From Podarcis vaucheri (taxonomy: Eukaryota), in assembly GCA_965113315.1 (NCBI GenBank), contig OZ220379.1: DNA of 64,000 nt; one strand, given 5' to 3'. Position numbers and translations under genes: made by a program. Shown piece after piece: positions 31,340 to 43,290 of this stretch (its first letter is position 1; every line of letters starts with the position of its first letter). Below the pieces are notes generated by a model. That model made no database searches, was not told the DNA's origin, and was given only the letters and a program-made list of their open reading frames with translations.

Positions 31340-31680
31340 AGCTGGAGGACTATGAACTAAACACTCACCACTTCCCCGGTGGGCACCGGCTGCAGACCCT
31401 TGCTCTCCGCCTCCTTCCCGGTCAGCCAGACCCACATGGTTGGCGGCCAATGGGGAATTCCACTCAACCATCACAACCATAGGGGCATTACCTCCCGGCC
31501 CATAAGCTGGGTTCAAATGGGCCAATTAGGGCCCAAGTCTTGGGAAATTACTTTGCTTTCCGGCTGGGCATTGGTCACAGCCGTGACATTCCTTGCTGGC
31601 TACAGCCGGGCAGGGCAGAGGAACCCCTCCAGACCCCATCCAAATTGCCCTTCACAGTGGACCAGGCATTTGGCTTGCTC
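31340..31680. mobile_element. Unclassified GC-rich interspersed repeat fragment, homologous to the middle of SHOC1 exon B
   Basis: 31364-31518 aligns by eye at ~80% to 6349-6502 and 7932-8085. Confidence 0.6.
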
Positions 31681-32159
31681 TGTAAAATAACCAAAGGGAG
31701 CAAACATATCCCAACCTCCATAAAAGCAGAGACCAAAATATCAAGCTACAGTAAATATTTAGAAGATATTAAAGATGTCAAAAATATTAAAAGTGACGTT
31801 AAAGGCCTGGGAGAACAAAACAGTCTGCCCAGCGCTGAAAAGCCATCAGTGCTCTTTTGCCTGTCTACATGTCCTCCACTCGAGGCTCAAAAGTGCCCCA
31901 TATCAGCTCAAACATATTTAGGAATAATTACGATAAGATTTGATCAAGCTGCAGTAACATAGGGAGGTTGTTGTTGTTTTTACCATTCACAGGTTCACTG
32001 TGCAAGGACAAAACCTAGTATTTAACAGCACTCGATACCTTATGAAACATTTTAAGGGACAACACTTTTCAGGCCCTTTTAAGATGGTATGGGCAATGCC
32101 TGGTGAAATCTTGAATGAAACGCAGAATGAACTGAGCAGTTTCCAATAGATGTTTTGAT

Positions 32160-32190
32160 TGCAGAACTTTAGTGGCCTGCAGAGGGCAGA
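32160..32190 (+). promoter_or_regulatory. Candidate CTCF site with upstream TGCAG module
   Basis: TGCAGAACTTTAG-TGGCCTGCAGAGGGCAG matches the CTCF core consensus. Confidence 0.45.
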
Positions 32191-33083
32191 GCCTCAGTGC
32201 ACAATGAACTGCTGCTGCAGTACATCATGACTAGTAGTCATTAGTATCCTCTATGAATTTGTCTAATCCTCTTTTAAATCCACCCAAGTTGGTGCATTGT
32301 GGTACCTCACAGATTTCTGCTTCTTGGCACCAGCATTTGATATTACTTTGAGATTTATATATTTTTAGAGCAATATATGCAACCTCCGGAACTGTTCTCG
32401 TCATCTGTATTACATTTGTTTGACTGAGGTGCCTAATCCATGTACCTGCTTTGCTGTGAAGTGGGTTTGGCTGATAGAGAGAGAGAGTTCTCACTTGAGG
32501 CAACCAAAGTAAATTTCATGGCTGCACAAGAAATCTGAATCCAGGTATAGGCAGCTTCTCTCGCAGTTTGGAAGCAAAAATGCTCAAGCACCATGCATTC
32601 CAATGCCAGACATCCCTGACTCTTATGCATTCTTCCAGCATGAGTCATCCTTCAGTCTTAGGCATTTCTTCTTTCAGTATTCTGTTGCTTCATGTACCTT
32701 TAGAAAAAAACATACATCCCCCGCCAAAAAATCCTAGGTGTGCTATGATCTACCAACATGTTTAGATTTACAAATCAAGACTGCACACTTGGGATTTCAT
32801 AATAGGCAAGGCATCATGAATATGAGCTGAAGGATCCTGCAAAGGCACTCTTGCATTAAAAGAGAAGTAGTATGTTGCTGGATCAGAGCAAGGTAGACCA
32901 GAGCTGGACCAGCTGATTTGACATAGATTGTCCATTTGTCCATCACAGTCCACCTCTTTTCTGTTCTACTGAGGTGAAAAATAGGGACAGCTGCTGCACT
33001 GCAGTGGTATCTGAAGCTCAATTGCAGGTGGCTGTACAAGAGAACAGCTCACCATAGCTTCTTAGAAACCTCGTGATTTTCAC

Positions 33084-33571
33084 TGTCAGGTGGAAGAGGA
33101 ACCAAACCCCACAACAGGAACCAACCCCCAGAACAGGAACGGATAAGACAAGGAAAAGTCCTTACCATCTGCTTTTTATTCAATATTCACAGAGAGAGGC
33201 TTGGGAATGCAGCCTCTTGGAATAATGGTGTTGCCCTGAGTGACTCTCCACCCCCTTTTCTCTCACTTCTCCCCTGTGGGTGGCACTGAGGGCCCTTTGC
33301 TTCTGAGCTCTTTGCTCTACTACTTTCAAGGCTCGCTGGGAGAGGGGAGGGTCTGGAATGCTTTCTAAAGTCAGTGTGTCCATCAGCTGTTGCCCTCCTG
33401 GTTCTTCCTCTTCCTCCTCTCCTATTATTTCCCAGCTTTCCCCCTCATCTGCCTCTGAGCTGTGACCTCTCTCAAACCCCTGTTGTAATTCTGAACTGTC
33501 TTCTTCTTCTCTAGAAGCGTCAGGCTGGGGGGGGGGGTCTCCACCATTCCTCTTCTGCCCAGTCCCTGACA
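33084..33571 (-). mobile_element. Solo-LTR-like element
   Basis: TGTCAGG...CCTGACA termini; AATAAA on minus; homologous to 39361-39821; no clear TSD. Confidence 0.6.
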
Positions 33572-34828
33572 GCCATCCTGGATGTCTATCATTTCTGTTC
33601 TGTTCTTTTAGACACGTTTTTGAAGGTGTGCAGAGGCATCCATGGCTGGTCCTAAAGCCAATGGAATGATACCCAAGGCATGGAGCAGCCTTAGAACTAT
33701 GCAAGAGGAATTCACAGTCCATTCTTGTTCTTGTTCTTGGGCAGGAGGGGGAGAAAACAGTAAATAATAGGGTGGAAACCATGCAACTTTCCCCTCTTGA
33801 AGAAAAGGCAATAGAAAAGGATAGATAGCTGCTTTATGACATTTCTACATATTTAAAACAATGTTTTGAAGCCAAAACTGGGAAAGGTGTCCTTTTTCCC
33901 GTCAGGCTCAGGTGATAACACAAACATATTCCAACAACACTGATTAAGTATAAAAATGGGAACATGTGTCTTGCGTTCTGAGAGACTGAATGTGTGTCAT
34001 AGTTACTGCATCAAGTTAGTACTAATATGTGGTATATACATAATGAAGAGAAAATGCCAACACATTCCATCTGGCAGACTAGCAAGGTGGAGATAGTCTT
34101 TAATTAAATTACTATCTGAATTACTAATCCCATTAATTAGTGTGCCATGGCCCGAGTAGTTAGAAATAATGAGCGTGTATTTGTGTGTGTTAGTGTTAAT
34201 GTGTTAAAGTTCACACAATATTAATAGTGGTTCCAGATTGACTGTCACTTGGCCATTTGACTGGCTGACATGCATGCCACTTTGGAAGCCATCTTTCTGT
34301 TGTAGATTGTTTCTTTATCTTGTTTAACAAATTTTATATAATGCTTGATTGTAATAATACATCAAAGCACACATTTCGCCATCTAAAATGTGCAACATCA
34401 CACATTTTGCCATCTTTTTGTAAAGTACAAGGTTGTAAAGTACAAGGTCTGGTTGTATCCTAGCTTAGAATACATTCCTCTGTCTAGTGCTTCGTCGGCA
34501 TACTTCCATTGTATATGCTCTCAGCATGGGAATTATTCCTGACTCTGGAAGTTCCATTCAAACTTACTTTTAATGATATCACACCACTGCAGCATGGTTC
34601 GTTCTCCTACTGCTCACCAACATGGAAAACCCAAGGAGGACCATTTAAGAAGTCCAACATTGCAATTTCTTCCCATGGCAGCATTTCCTCTTCCAGGGGT
34701 TAGAGTGACACTTACTCAGAGGTAAGTAACACCTTGATGCAGACTCCTCTTGTGTGACCTCAGAAAGCCCCAAACTGCTGAAGGTAATATTAGAAGGAGT
34801 CTAATAACCTCGCTTCCAGAACACCTTA

Positions 34829-35573
34829 TGCCAGGGAGCTGGCAAGGAGAAAAGGTCGCTCGCAGATCAGAGAAAGAGAGTGAAACACTTGGCTAACTTA
34901 AAGTTAGTTTCTTTATTAAGCAAAGCAGAACAAGAACACAATGAGACTTCTAAAGGTTGCTTCTGTCTTAATGAAGCAGTTGTCTGGACTGGCTTGTAGC
35001 TCCCCCTTCACTCCTTAGCCCTCTGTGTCAGGCCCCTCCCTCTGTCTACGGTGAGCTCCAGGGGACCCTCTCTGTGTCTGCCTGGCTCTCTGCTCAGCAT
35101 CATGCAATAAACGCCTCGTTCTAGGAGTGGGGGGGGGGGGGCTTGCAAGCTGTCAGCAGAGAAGCTATGAGAGTGGCTCTGTGGTAGAACTGCCTAGTCT
35201 AATTCCTGTCCCTGCTCTGTGTTAGGGCACCTGCCTGTTTCCGCCTCTTCACTATCTCTCAAGCTCCCTGCCTCCAGCACTTCCCATCTCTTCCCCTCCT
35301 CTGGGGTGTGGCCGGTTTCTCACCACCAGGAGCCAGGATCCAATTCCTCTCCCTCTGTGCTTGCCCTGAGGGGATCTTGGTCAGGCGGCTTCTACCACTC
35401 CTCCTCAGGATTTTGCCCTGGCCATGCCCCTTCTCCCAGGCTACCCCTTTACTGGCTCTGCTTGGTGCTCTCTTGCTTTTGTCTGCTTATCAACTGTGAT
35501 AATGTTTGCTTGGGTGGAGGTATGCATGTATCAACCTCTGATCTCTCCCCCCCCCCTCAATGGCTGGAATACA
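34829..35573 (-). mobile_element. LTR-like element (related purine-rich family), boundaries approximate
   Basis: Similar composition and layout to the 33.1 and 39.4 kb elements; AATAAA on minus at ~34915. Confidence 0.45.
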
Positions 35574-38500
35574 GCCTCCTGTAAAAAGGTAAGAATCACA
35601 TGCATGACCTGTTCATTTTTTCCCTTTGGCTCCAGCCATGTTGCCTCTTGACAGTTATCTCCAAGGAAATGTAGCCCTTGAATGGAAAAGGGCTCCCAAC
35701 CTTTGCTGTGCAAACTGTGCTCTGATGAGCATTGTCTGCTTCAAATGCTATTTATGAGAAAGATTTTTTTTAAGCCCGTCTTTTTACCTAAACACAGAAA
35801 GCACTGAGTTTTCCACACAGAAAACTTTTCCGGACACATTACTGCCTACTTCAGGCGTTGATTAAGGTAGAAACATGTGGAACCTGAGCTCAGGATCAAG
35901 CCCATTGATCCCACCTATCTCACTTCCCGTGCCTGCAAAGACTGTTTTTGCACAGAGCCGACACATGTACACCATTGCCCCATTCCTGTCAAAACATAAG
36001 GTAGTAGGCCTGAAGTCATGGGCTTATAAGTGACATAAAGGAGCTGTCCAACTAGGAGAGAAGGCTAGCTTTGAGGCCAGGGTCCCCAACACCATTGCTG
36101 AAACGTCAGTAGTGCTGCCCACAAAGGTAACTAAAGCACAGACAAAAAACTGGATAGATTGGGTGCTGCACCAGCCAGGCAGCAACTGTGGGTTGCTGTA
36201 TTAAACTTTGCAGCCATACCCTTTCTAATAAATTATTAGAGGCTCTGATCCCAGAGGTACATAAATCAGGTCTCATCCTTGGGACCAAAGGTAGTGAAAT
36301 GTGTCATACAAACACTGTACTTTCTATGGTGGCTTCTATCCAAGTGTTTCATCATATTTGTTCTTGGGATCCAGAAGATGATAACTGGTGGTGGGGTGTC
36401 CTGGTGCACAGAGGAAGCCTGTGGCAAGATATATATCATGGAGGTCCAGTGGTTGAGTGTCCTAAGTAGCAGCTGCCTTGAATAGAGGCAACTCCTTCCA
36501 GTTCCCTTACCTCTTCCAAGAAAGTCCCATCTCTCAGGCTTTGGAAGCTGGCAGGTGCTGAGTCATAAGCTCCCATGGACACATTTTTTTGGTTAGGATA
36601 TGGACTGTATGTATATGAACCCATACATATCCAGGGTAGTATGATCACAGGTTCTGTGCAAATGGCTCACTGAAAGTGTAAAGGTCAGGGGGACAGTCTG
36701 TAAGCACAATCCCAATTCCTGCCTTTGTTTCTTAATTTTGAATGTCAGAAAATCACAGAGTTTTAGGAAAAAATGTTGATACTGTTCTTTGTACACAACT
36801 AAATTCTACTGAGAGTGTAACCAGTTTGAAGTGGTTTACAAAACATAAAAACTGATTGTACAACCCTGTTAAAATACAAAATAATTAAAAATACCCCACA
36901 GTGAAAATACACAATAAAACAATCACATTAAAGCTTTAGCACATAAATGACTATGTTTAAAATAGGCAATAAAACAATCCCATTAAAACAACACAGCAAT
37001 TAAAACAGCAGTTAAATGGACCTAAGTCAGACGTGTTGATTTTTAATGCATCTACTTTGAGTAGGACTGACACTAGGTACAGCCTCTGTCTGGATCTCAT
37101 ATACAGTTATTAGACTCATGTCTATCCATTCTTTTGCATATCCACAAACTGACACTCAGGGGTTCTTAGTGTATGTATATGCAGGAAAACAGATGTCTGT
37201 GCTTGCTGTCCTTGAGTATATTTACACAGGTGTGCAGAAAGTGCACATGGGATACCCGAGACAGCTTCTTTTGAACAAGACGGAGCCCCCTACACACACA
37301 CACTTTTGCCAAATGTATCACATTTTTTCATTGTCAAATATACTACTTGTGCTTTTTTGGGGGGTGGAAGGGAGTGGGCATGCCAACAGAAGCTCACAAA
37401 ATCTTGTCAAAATAACTAGCCCTTTTAGTGCTTGCCGTATCTTTTTGTAAGCAGCAAACCATTGGTTTTCACAATGAGCAAAAAGTAAAATCTCTGTAAT
37501 ATAATTATGGTATACCTTAGGGTTATAGGTGCCGTGTGCCCCCAGAGAATCCTGTGTCTCCTCCGTTTCTCTTCCCTGTCACATCTAGTAAGGCCAAAGT
37601 CAGTGATGTGGTGTTACCATCTTTTGAATTTCCTGACTCCATTTGTTTGGCAGTCATTTGCAGGGAAGGGGGTGGAAACTATCTATTTTTCTTTCTATTT
37701 TGCCAAGGGAGTAGCATAATTCCCCTCCAGTGACATGTAAAAATACCTGCATACAAGCTTCAGGTAGTGCTATGCTTCTTGGCAGACTAGCTATGGTTTT
37801 GTGTTGGGTGAACACTCTCCATTGCAAACAGTGTGTGATGTGTAGGTTGCCTAGTCCAAAGACAAATGTTTCTTTCTTCACATAGTTCTTACGCCCTACA
37901 AGAATGTGACTTTCCTGACAATCCAAGAGGAGATGCAAATGGGACCTCACCCATGGGAATGTAAATGTAAACTGTAAACAAGTGGCAAATATTGACTCCC
38001 TGGTGAGTCAATATTTAAGGGATGTCAACCTGAGCCAGGTTTAGCGAAGAGGCAGAGTTCCGTTGACTTTAGCTACTTCCCATTGTCCTTTAACCCAAGT
38101 GAAGTGAAGCAGTGCTACATGGCAACAGTGTTCAGTGAACTTTACCCATTGTAAAGTCCCTTGGAATTTCCCAGAATGATACTAAGTTAGGGGCATTATA
38201 GGAAATCAAGAGTGACTAGATGCATCAGTCTATTGCTGCTTGGAACACCAGACAAGATAGAGAGAAGTAACAGGTCACTGGGAGCCTGGTAGGCGCCCAG
38301 AGTTGCCATGTGCTAATTTTGATGATATCCACACTGGGGGTCCTTGAAGCCAGATTTCCGAATTTGGCATTTGTTTTCATTTTGTTGATGTCGGGGATTG
38401 CTTGCTGAGATGTCTTAGGAGATAGAGAGCTATATTCTGCTATCTCTAAGTGGCTGTATGCTACCCAGTTCTTTTTATCTTAAAATGTTTTGCTGACGTC

Positions 38501-39360
38501 TATTTTGGACTCCACTGGACATAGAAAACAGGCAGGAACTTTTGCCGCTTCCAGGAAAGCACTCAGCCCTCTTAAACATGCTGAAAAGTGTTTCTCATTG
38601 TGGTCATTAACGGGCAGTCAGGCTGCAGCCAGCATGCTTCCAAGATAGCAGCCAGCAGCACTGAAGGATGGCAAGCCACATCTGTTGATTCCCAGCTCCT
38701 TAGAGTGCTTCTTTATTCCAGCCACCATCTCCCTGAATCTTGCTGGAGCAGAGTTGGAGCCAACTGGTTTGCATCCAGGTTTCTATTTCTGCCAGACAGC
38801 AGAAATAATGAGAGAGAGCTTTATCTAGGGCCAATGGGAAGTAAGGCTGATTGTTGTCATCAGCATACTGATGATGACATAGCTCGTAAGGGCCACAGGA
38901 AGTTGAATGAGGGGCTGAATGAATCCTAAACTAAAACAGTGGTGGTGATGACAATAACAATGCAAAGTCTGTCTCCCACTAGCTGTGCTGTAGTCAGTTC
39001 CAGCAGAGTCAGAAAAGAAATATTGTGGTGCTTCAAAGCAGGTATGAGGAACCCCATGCTCACAGACCAGATGTGACCCTCCACTGACTCTCCATGCCTC
39101 ACTTTGTGGCCTTTGTGACTTTCACACCCTTTCCCAGCCCTGCTTCATACATTTAGCTGGGTGCTTTTGCCTGCCTGAAAAGCACCCTTGGACTCTGATA
39201 GTTTTATCTTGCTTGTCTGGATGGAGCATACATGAAATTAGCCTACCATATAAAGATAAAATTTGTATCTGCTGCTCCCCCCACATTTGCCTGTGGCCTT
39301 GCCCACCCCTGGCATATGCTGCTCCCCTCAGAAAGTAATGCACCCGTCTTCCCAAAAAAC

Positions 39361-39821
39361 TGTCAGGGTGCTGTCAGTTGCCCAGGAAAGAATAAGACAA
39401 GGAAAAGTTTATTACAGTCCTTTTTATCCCAAACTTTACAGAGAGGCTATAAAACCCAGCTTCTTGGATAATGCTGTTGTCCCACATTAATCTCCACCCC
39501 CGTCTCTCCCACTTCCTCATTCGTCACTTCTACGGGTGCTTCTACATGCCCTCTGTCTTTGAGCTCTTTGCTCTCCTACTTTTAAGGCTCACCGGGTTCT
39601 AGGAGGTGGAGGGTTGGGAATGCTTTCAAGTGACAACGTGTCAGCCAGGTGTTGCTCTGGCTCTCCCATGATTTCCCAATTTTCCCTCTCATTTGCCTCT
39701 GAGCTGTGACTGCCCTCAAACCCCTGTTGTAAATCTATACTGTCTTCCTCTTCCTCCTCCCTGGTAGGGTCAGGATGGGGAGGCGGTCTCCACCATTCCT
39801 CCTCTGCCCATTCCCTGACCA
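39361..39821 (-). mobile_element. Solo-LTR-like element
   Basis: Homologous to 33084-33571 (ATAAGACAAGGAAAAGT ... CCACCATTCCTC..CTGCCCA.TCCCTGAC). Confidence 0.6.
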
Positions 39822-40140
39822 AGATATTTCCTTATAGGCATAATAGGGACAGAGGTTCCAAAGAAGATGGCCAACCTATGGATGTATGTGACAACAGCAG
39901 CTAGAACATTATATGCACAGAAATGGAAAGAAGAGCAAGTTCCAACAAAGGAAGTGTGGCTTTTGAAAGCAATGAGCTATGCAGAAATGGCAAAGCTGAC
40001 AGCGAAATTAAGAGATCAAAACGATGAACTTTTTATAGAAGAATGGAGGCCTTTTGTGGACTATTAAAAGAAAAATACTACAGTCAAATGAAATTGTGGG
40101 CAGGATTTGAGATAAAAGCAGCGGAAGAAAAATTGTAATA
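39822..40140 (+). mobile_element. L1/Tx1 LINE ORF2 C-terminal fragment
   Basis: YVTTAARTLYAQKWKEEQVPTKEVWLLKAMSYAEMAKLT...EEWRPFVDY. Confidence 0.8.
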
Positions 40141-43100
40141 GGGAGACGTTGTAATAGAGAATTTCCCACAATTCTCTCCATCTAGAAGGAGAGAGCATTT
40201 TTACCAATCTCAGTTGGTTTATAGTTATTTCCTCCATTTTGTAAGATGCTAAGCAAAACATAAAAATTTCCTTCTTTTCTTGCCCAGGACTCCAGCTCTC
40301 TGCCCATATTTGAACTGCCATTCCATTAATAACACCAACATTCCCCTTCCTAGCTCCACTCAAAATGAAAGAATGTTGAAAAAGATAGTTTGGCAGCAAC
40401 TTGGGGCAAAAAATTCAACCTGCACTAAGTTTGGTATGTCATCAGCATTAATGTGTGTCAATTGGAGCTGGAATTCAGTGCAGATGACTGAGAAAGGAGC
40501 TGCCGTCGTGTGATACCTACTTTTTCTATGGTGCAATCCTGTACAATTGAGTGCTGCCTTTGCCCAAGGCAGATAATGTAGTTGCCCCACCACCACACAC
40601 AGAGATGCATGATCAGCACCTTTCTGGGAAGCAATAGTGAGGCAATAGAGAAAAACCTGTGGGAGGAGCCCTACCCATGTGGTTGCGTCATTTTCATGCA
40701 TTCCCTGTGGGATTGCAGCAGGGTAGAAAGCACCTGAAATGTTCAACAGCTGTGTGTGAGGTTACTGTAGGAGCCAATCCAGAAGTGTAAATCATGTTTA
40801 GCCAAGTCTTAAGCCATTATCTGAGACAGATAATGTAGCAGGAAGCACCATAAAGATCTACGTGCAACCATCTGGCCCTGTTGATATCTGGCTATAAATC
40901 CATTTTCGTTTTCATGAACCTGATTATGTGCAGAGTTCCATCCAAAATGACAATATCTTGGCAGTCTGCCCCCATGGACTTTGTGACGGAAAACTGTAGC
41001 AGCTTATGTAATGCTTATTTCATGATGTGTTTAGCGATAGTGCTGCAAAATCTGGGGTCGTTTGGCCCAAGCTTGGTCATTCTAGCTTTTCTGAAATAAG
41101 AAGAACTGCCTTGGCAAGAAGTTCCAGGCCTTAATTCAGCCAATAGGTTCTGGAGCTGTTGAGTTATCTGGACCAGATTTGGGTCACTAATTTATGCCAG
41201 TGCAAAGACTTCCTCTAACTCAGTGGTGCTTTCGCCCCACTCCTCTCCCTGTATGTCCTCCAGATCTGCTTTGGAGAGTCAAGAGAACCCCCAAAACAGC
41301 ACGTGAGGGGAGGAAATGCTTGCACTGATGGAATAAGTGTCATAGCAAGAAACTGAATTCCATCCATTGTCCCAAATTAAAGCTTGCTCAGTTCTTCAGG
41401 TCTCAGGACTTATTTGCCAAGTTTTCTGGTGTGAAGGTTTACAGTTGCTTTTGTGCTTTTTACTGCATTGTTACATAAGCAAATGTCTTCAATTCTGTGT
41501 TTCATCACTATAAATCTTTGGCCAGTGCCATGAGCTGTGTAATAAAAGCAGGATTCAAAAGTTCCACAAAAGATGGACAATAACAAGGCAAAACATTTTT
41601 CTGCCCTTAACCATTAACAGGAATTAACTTAGGGCTTACTTACTCCACACTCAAACCATTTTTTTTGGGAGGGGGGGTTGCAGATATTTGTTTCATCCCT
41701 TCAGTTCCTTTCCGCACAAAAATAGAAAACAGGTCAAGTATTGGCTGTTGTTGGAAGATGTGGAGTAATTATTTAGATTTATAGTTTTCCAGCTTTGCAA
41801 GACTGAAGGTAATGTTATCTCCAAAATTGACTCAGTAAGTTACCTCACAACAATCATATGAAGCAGGTCATTAAATAAAGCCTTGAGGCAACATCACAAC
41901 ACTAGTCTTGCTTGCAGGTAACATTGAGAAATACCATGGTTAGGTGTGAGTGGGCAAGTGGACAGAGAGCCAGAATCACAGCTGTTTTGCTCCTCCCCTG
42001 TTCCTGCTGCCACTGCACTACCCATAGCTAAACCATGGTTTGATTTATCATTACATGCAAACTTGGGCTCTTGGTCTGTCTCCTCCAAGAAAACTACAAA
42101 ATGTAAACCATGAACAAATGTTTTGCTACAGCTACAGCTCATGGGTTGCTTGGAGTGCAACAAACCATGGACTTGGAGTTGTATACAGGTTTAGCCCTGG
42201 GTACAATGTCAGCAACAGGTTGGAGGACAAGTGAAGCAGGCACAATTTTTACACCATGCGCCCAAATGTTTGCTCATTTGGTTTAGTACTATGTGCAAAC
42301 CATGGGATTAGAAGAAAACTGTAGTCCAAAAATCTAGATGTACAACTACAGCGGAATATTCTTTGTTTCAACATTTGCATCAAATTTCTAGACAACGTAA
42401 TTCAAGTCTTCCAGTGTTGAAAACCTCTCACTGGCCTGGTTCATTGGTGGTTTGGCTACCAGCTAAGCCCTGTGGCTGGCTTCCACATCACAATATGAAA
42501 ATGGCCCCTTATGTGGATGAACAAGATCAGGTATGTGCTTCTGTGAGCATCAGTGGACTTGATCAAGAGGTGGAATTGTTTTGGGAAGAATGCACATGAT
42601 CCATACATGTGAGAGGGAGGTTTTCAACCATAGGGGGGCATTTTACAGTGATAAGAATACCACCACCGTGTCACACACACATACAGAAAATGTGATTAAG
42701 AACTTTATGTAAATCAATCATTTATATTATAAAGTATTCTACCGCATGTTACTTTTTCTGTTGAGTGTTTTTTTTTTCAATCCTCTGTATCCTTCCCAAT
42801 ACTCTGTGCAAGAGGCTGACACATTTGCTTTAAAAAGCTCATCAGGAAAAAAAATTGAAATCAGGTTAGCATGGAAACCGCATTTACTATAATGTGAGTT
42901 AAATATAGATGCATGGCTTTTGCTTCGCTTTTGAAAGACTGCGCAAGCAACAGAAACGGTATATGCTTTTCAGCGCTGTGACAGTGACAACTATGGCTCT
43001 ATGTATAATGCAAAACTGTGGTTTGGAAATTTGGAGTGCCGCTATGGCAGAGGTGGTTAAACCCAAGGCATTGGAGCCAGATCAGCCCCTGCCCCAGACC

Positions 43101-43154
43101 CCACCAAATTTGGAGTCAATGGCAAAAGAACCTCAACAGACAGACATATGATAT

Positions 43155-43290
43155 CAGGCTTCCTCAGACTTGGCCCTCCAGGTGTTTTTGGCCTACAACT
43201 CCCATTATACCTAGCTAGCAGGGCCAGTGATCAAGGATGATGGGAACTGTAGTCTCAAAACATCTGGAGGGCCGAGTTTGAGGAAGCCCG
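43155..43290. mobile_element. Palindromic hAT-type MITE
   Basis: Same family as 12839-12974. Confidence 0.72.

Noticed and set aside
33180-33782. 200-aa acidic ORF
   Set aside because: Overlaps an LTR-like repeat; similar frames recur in the 39.6-kb copy; no gene structure
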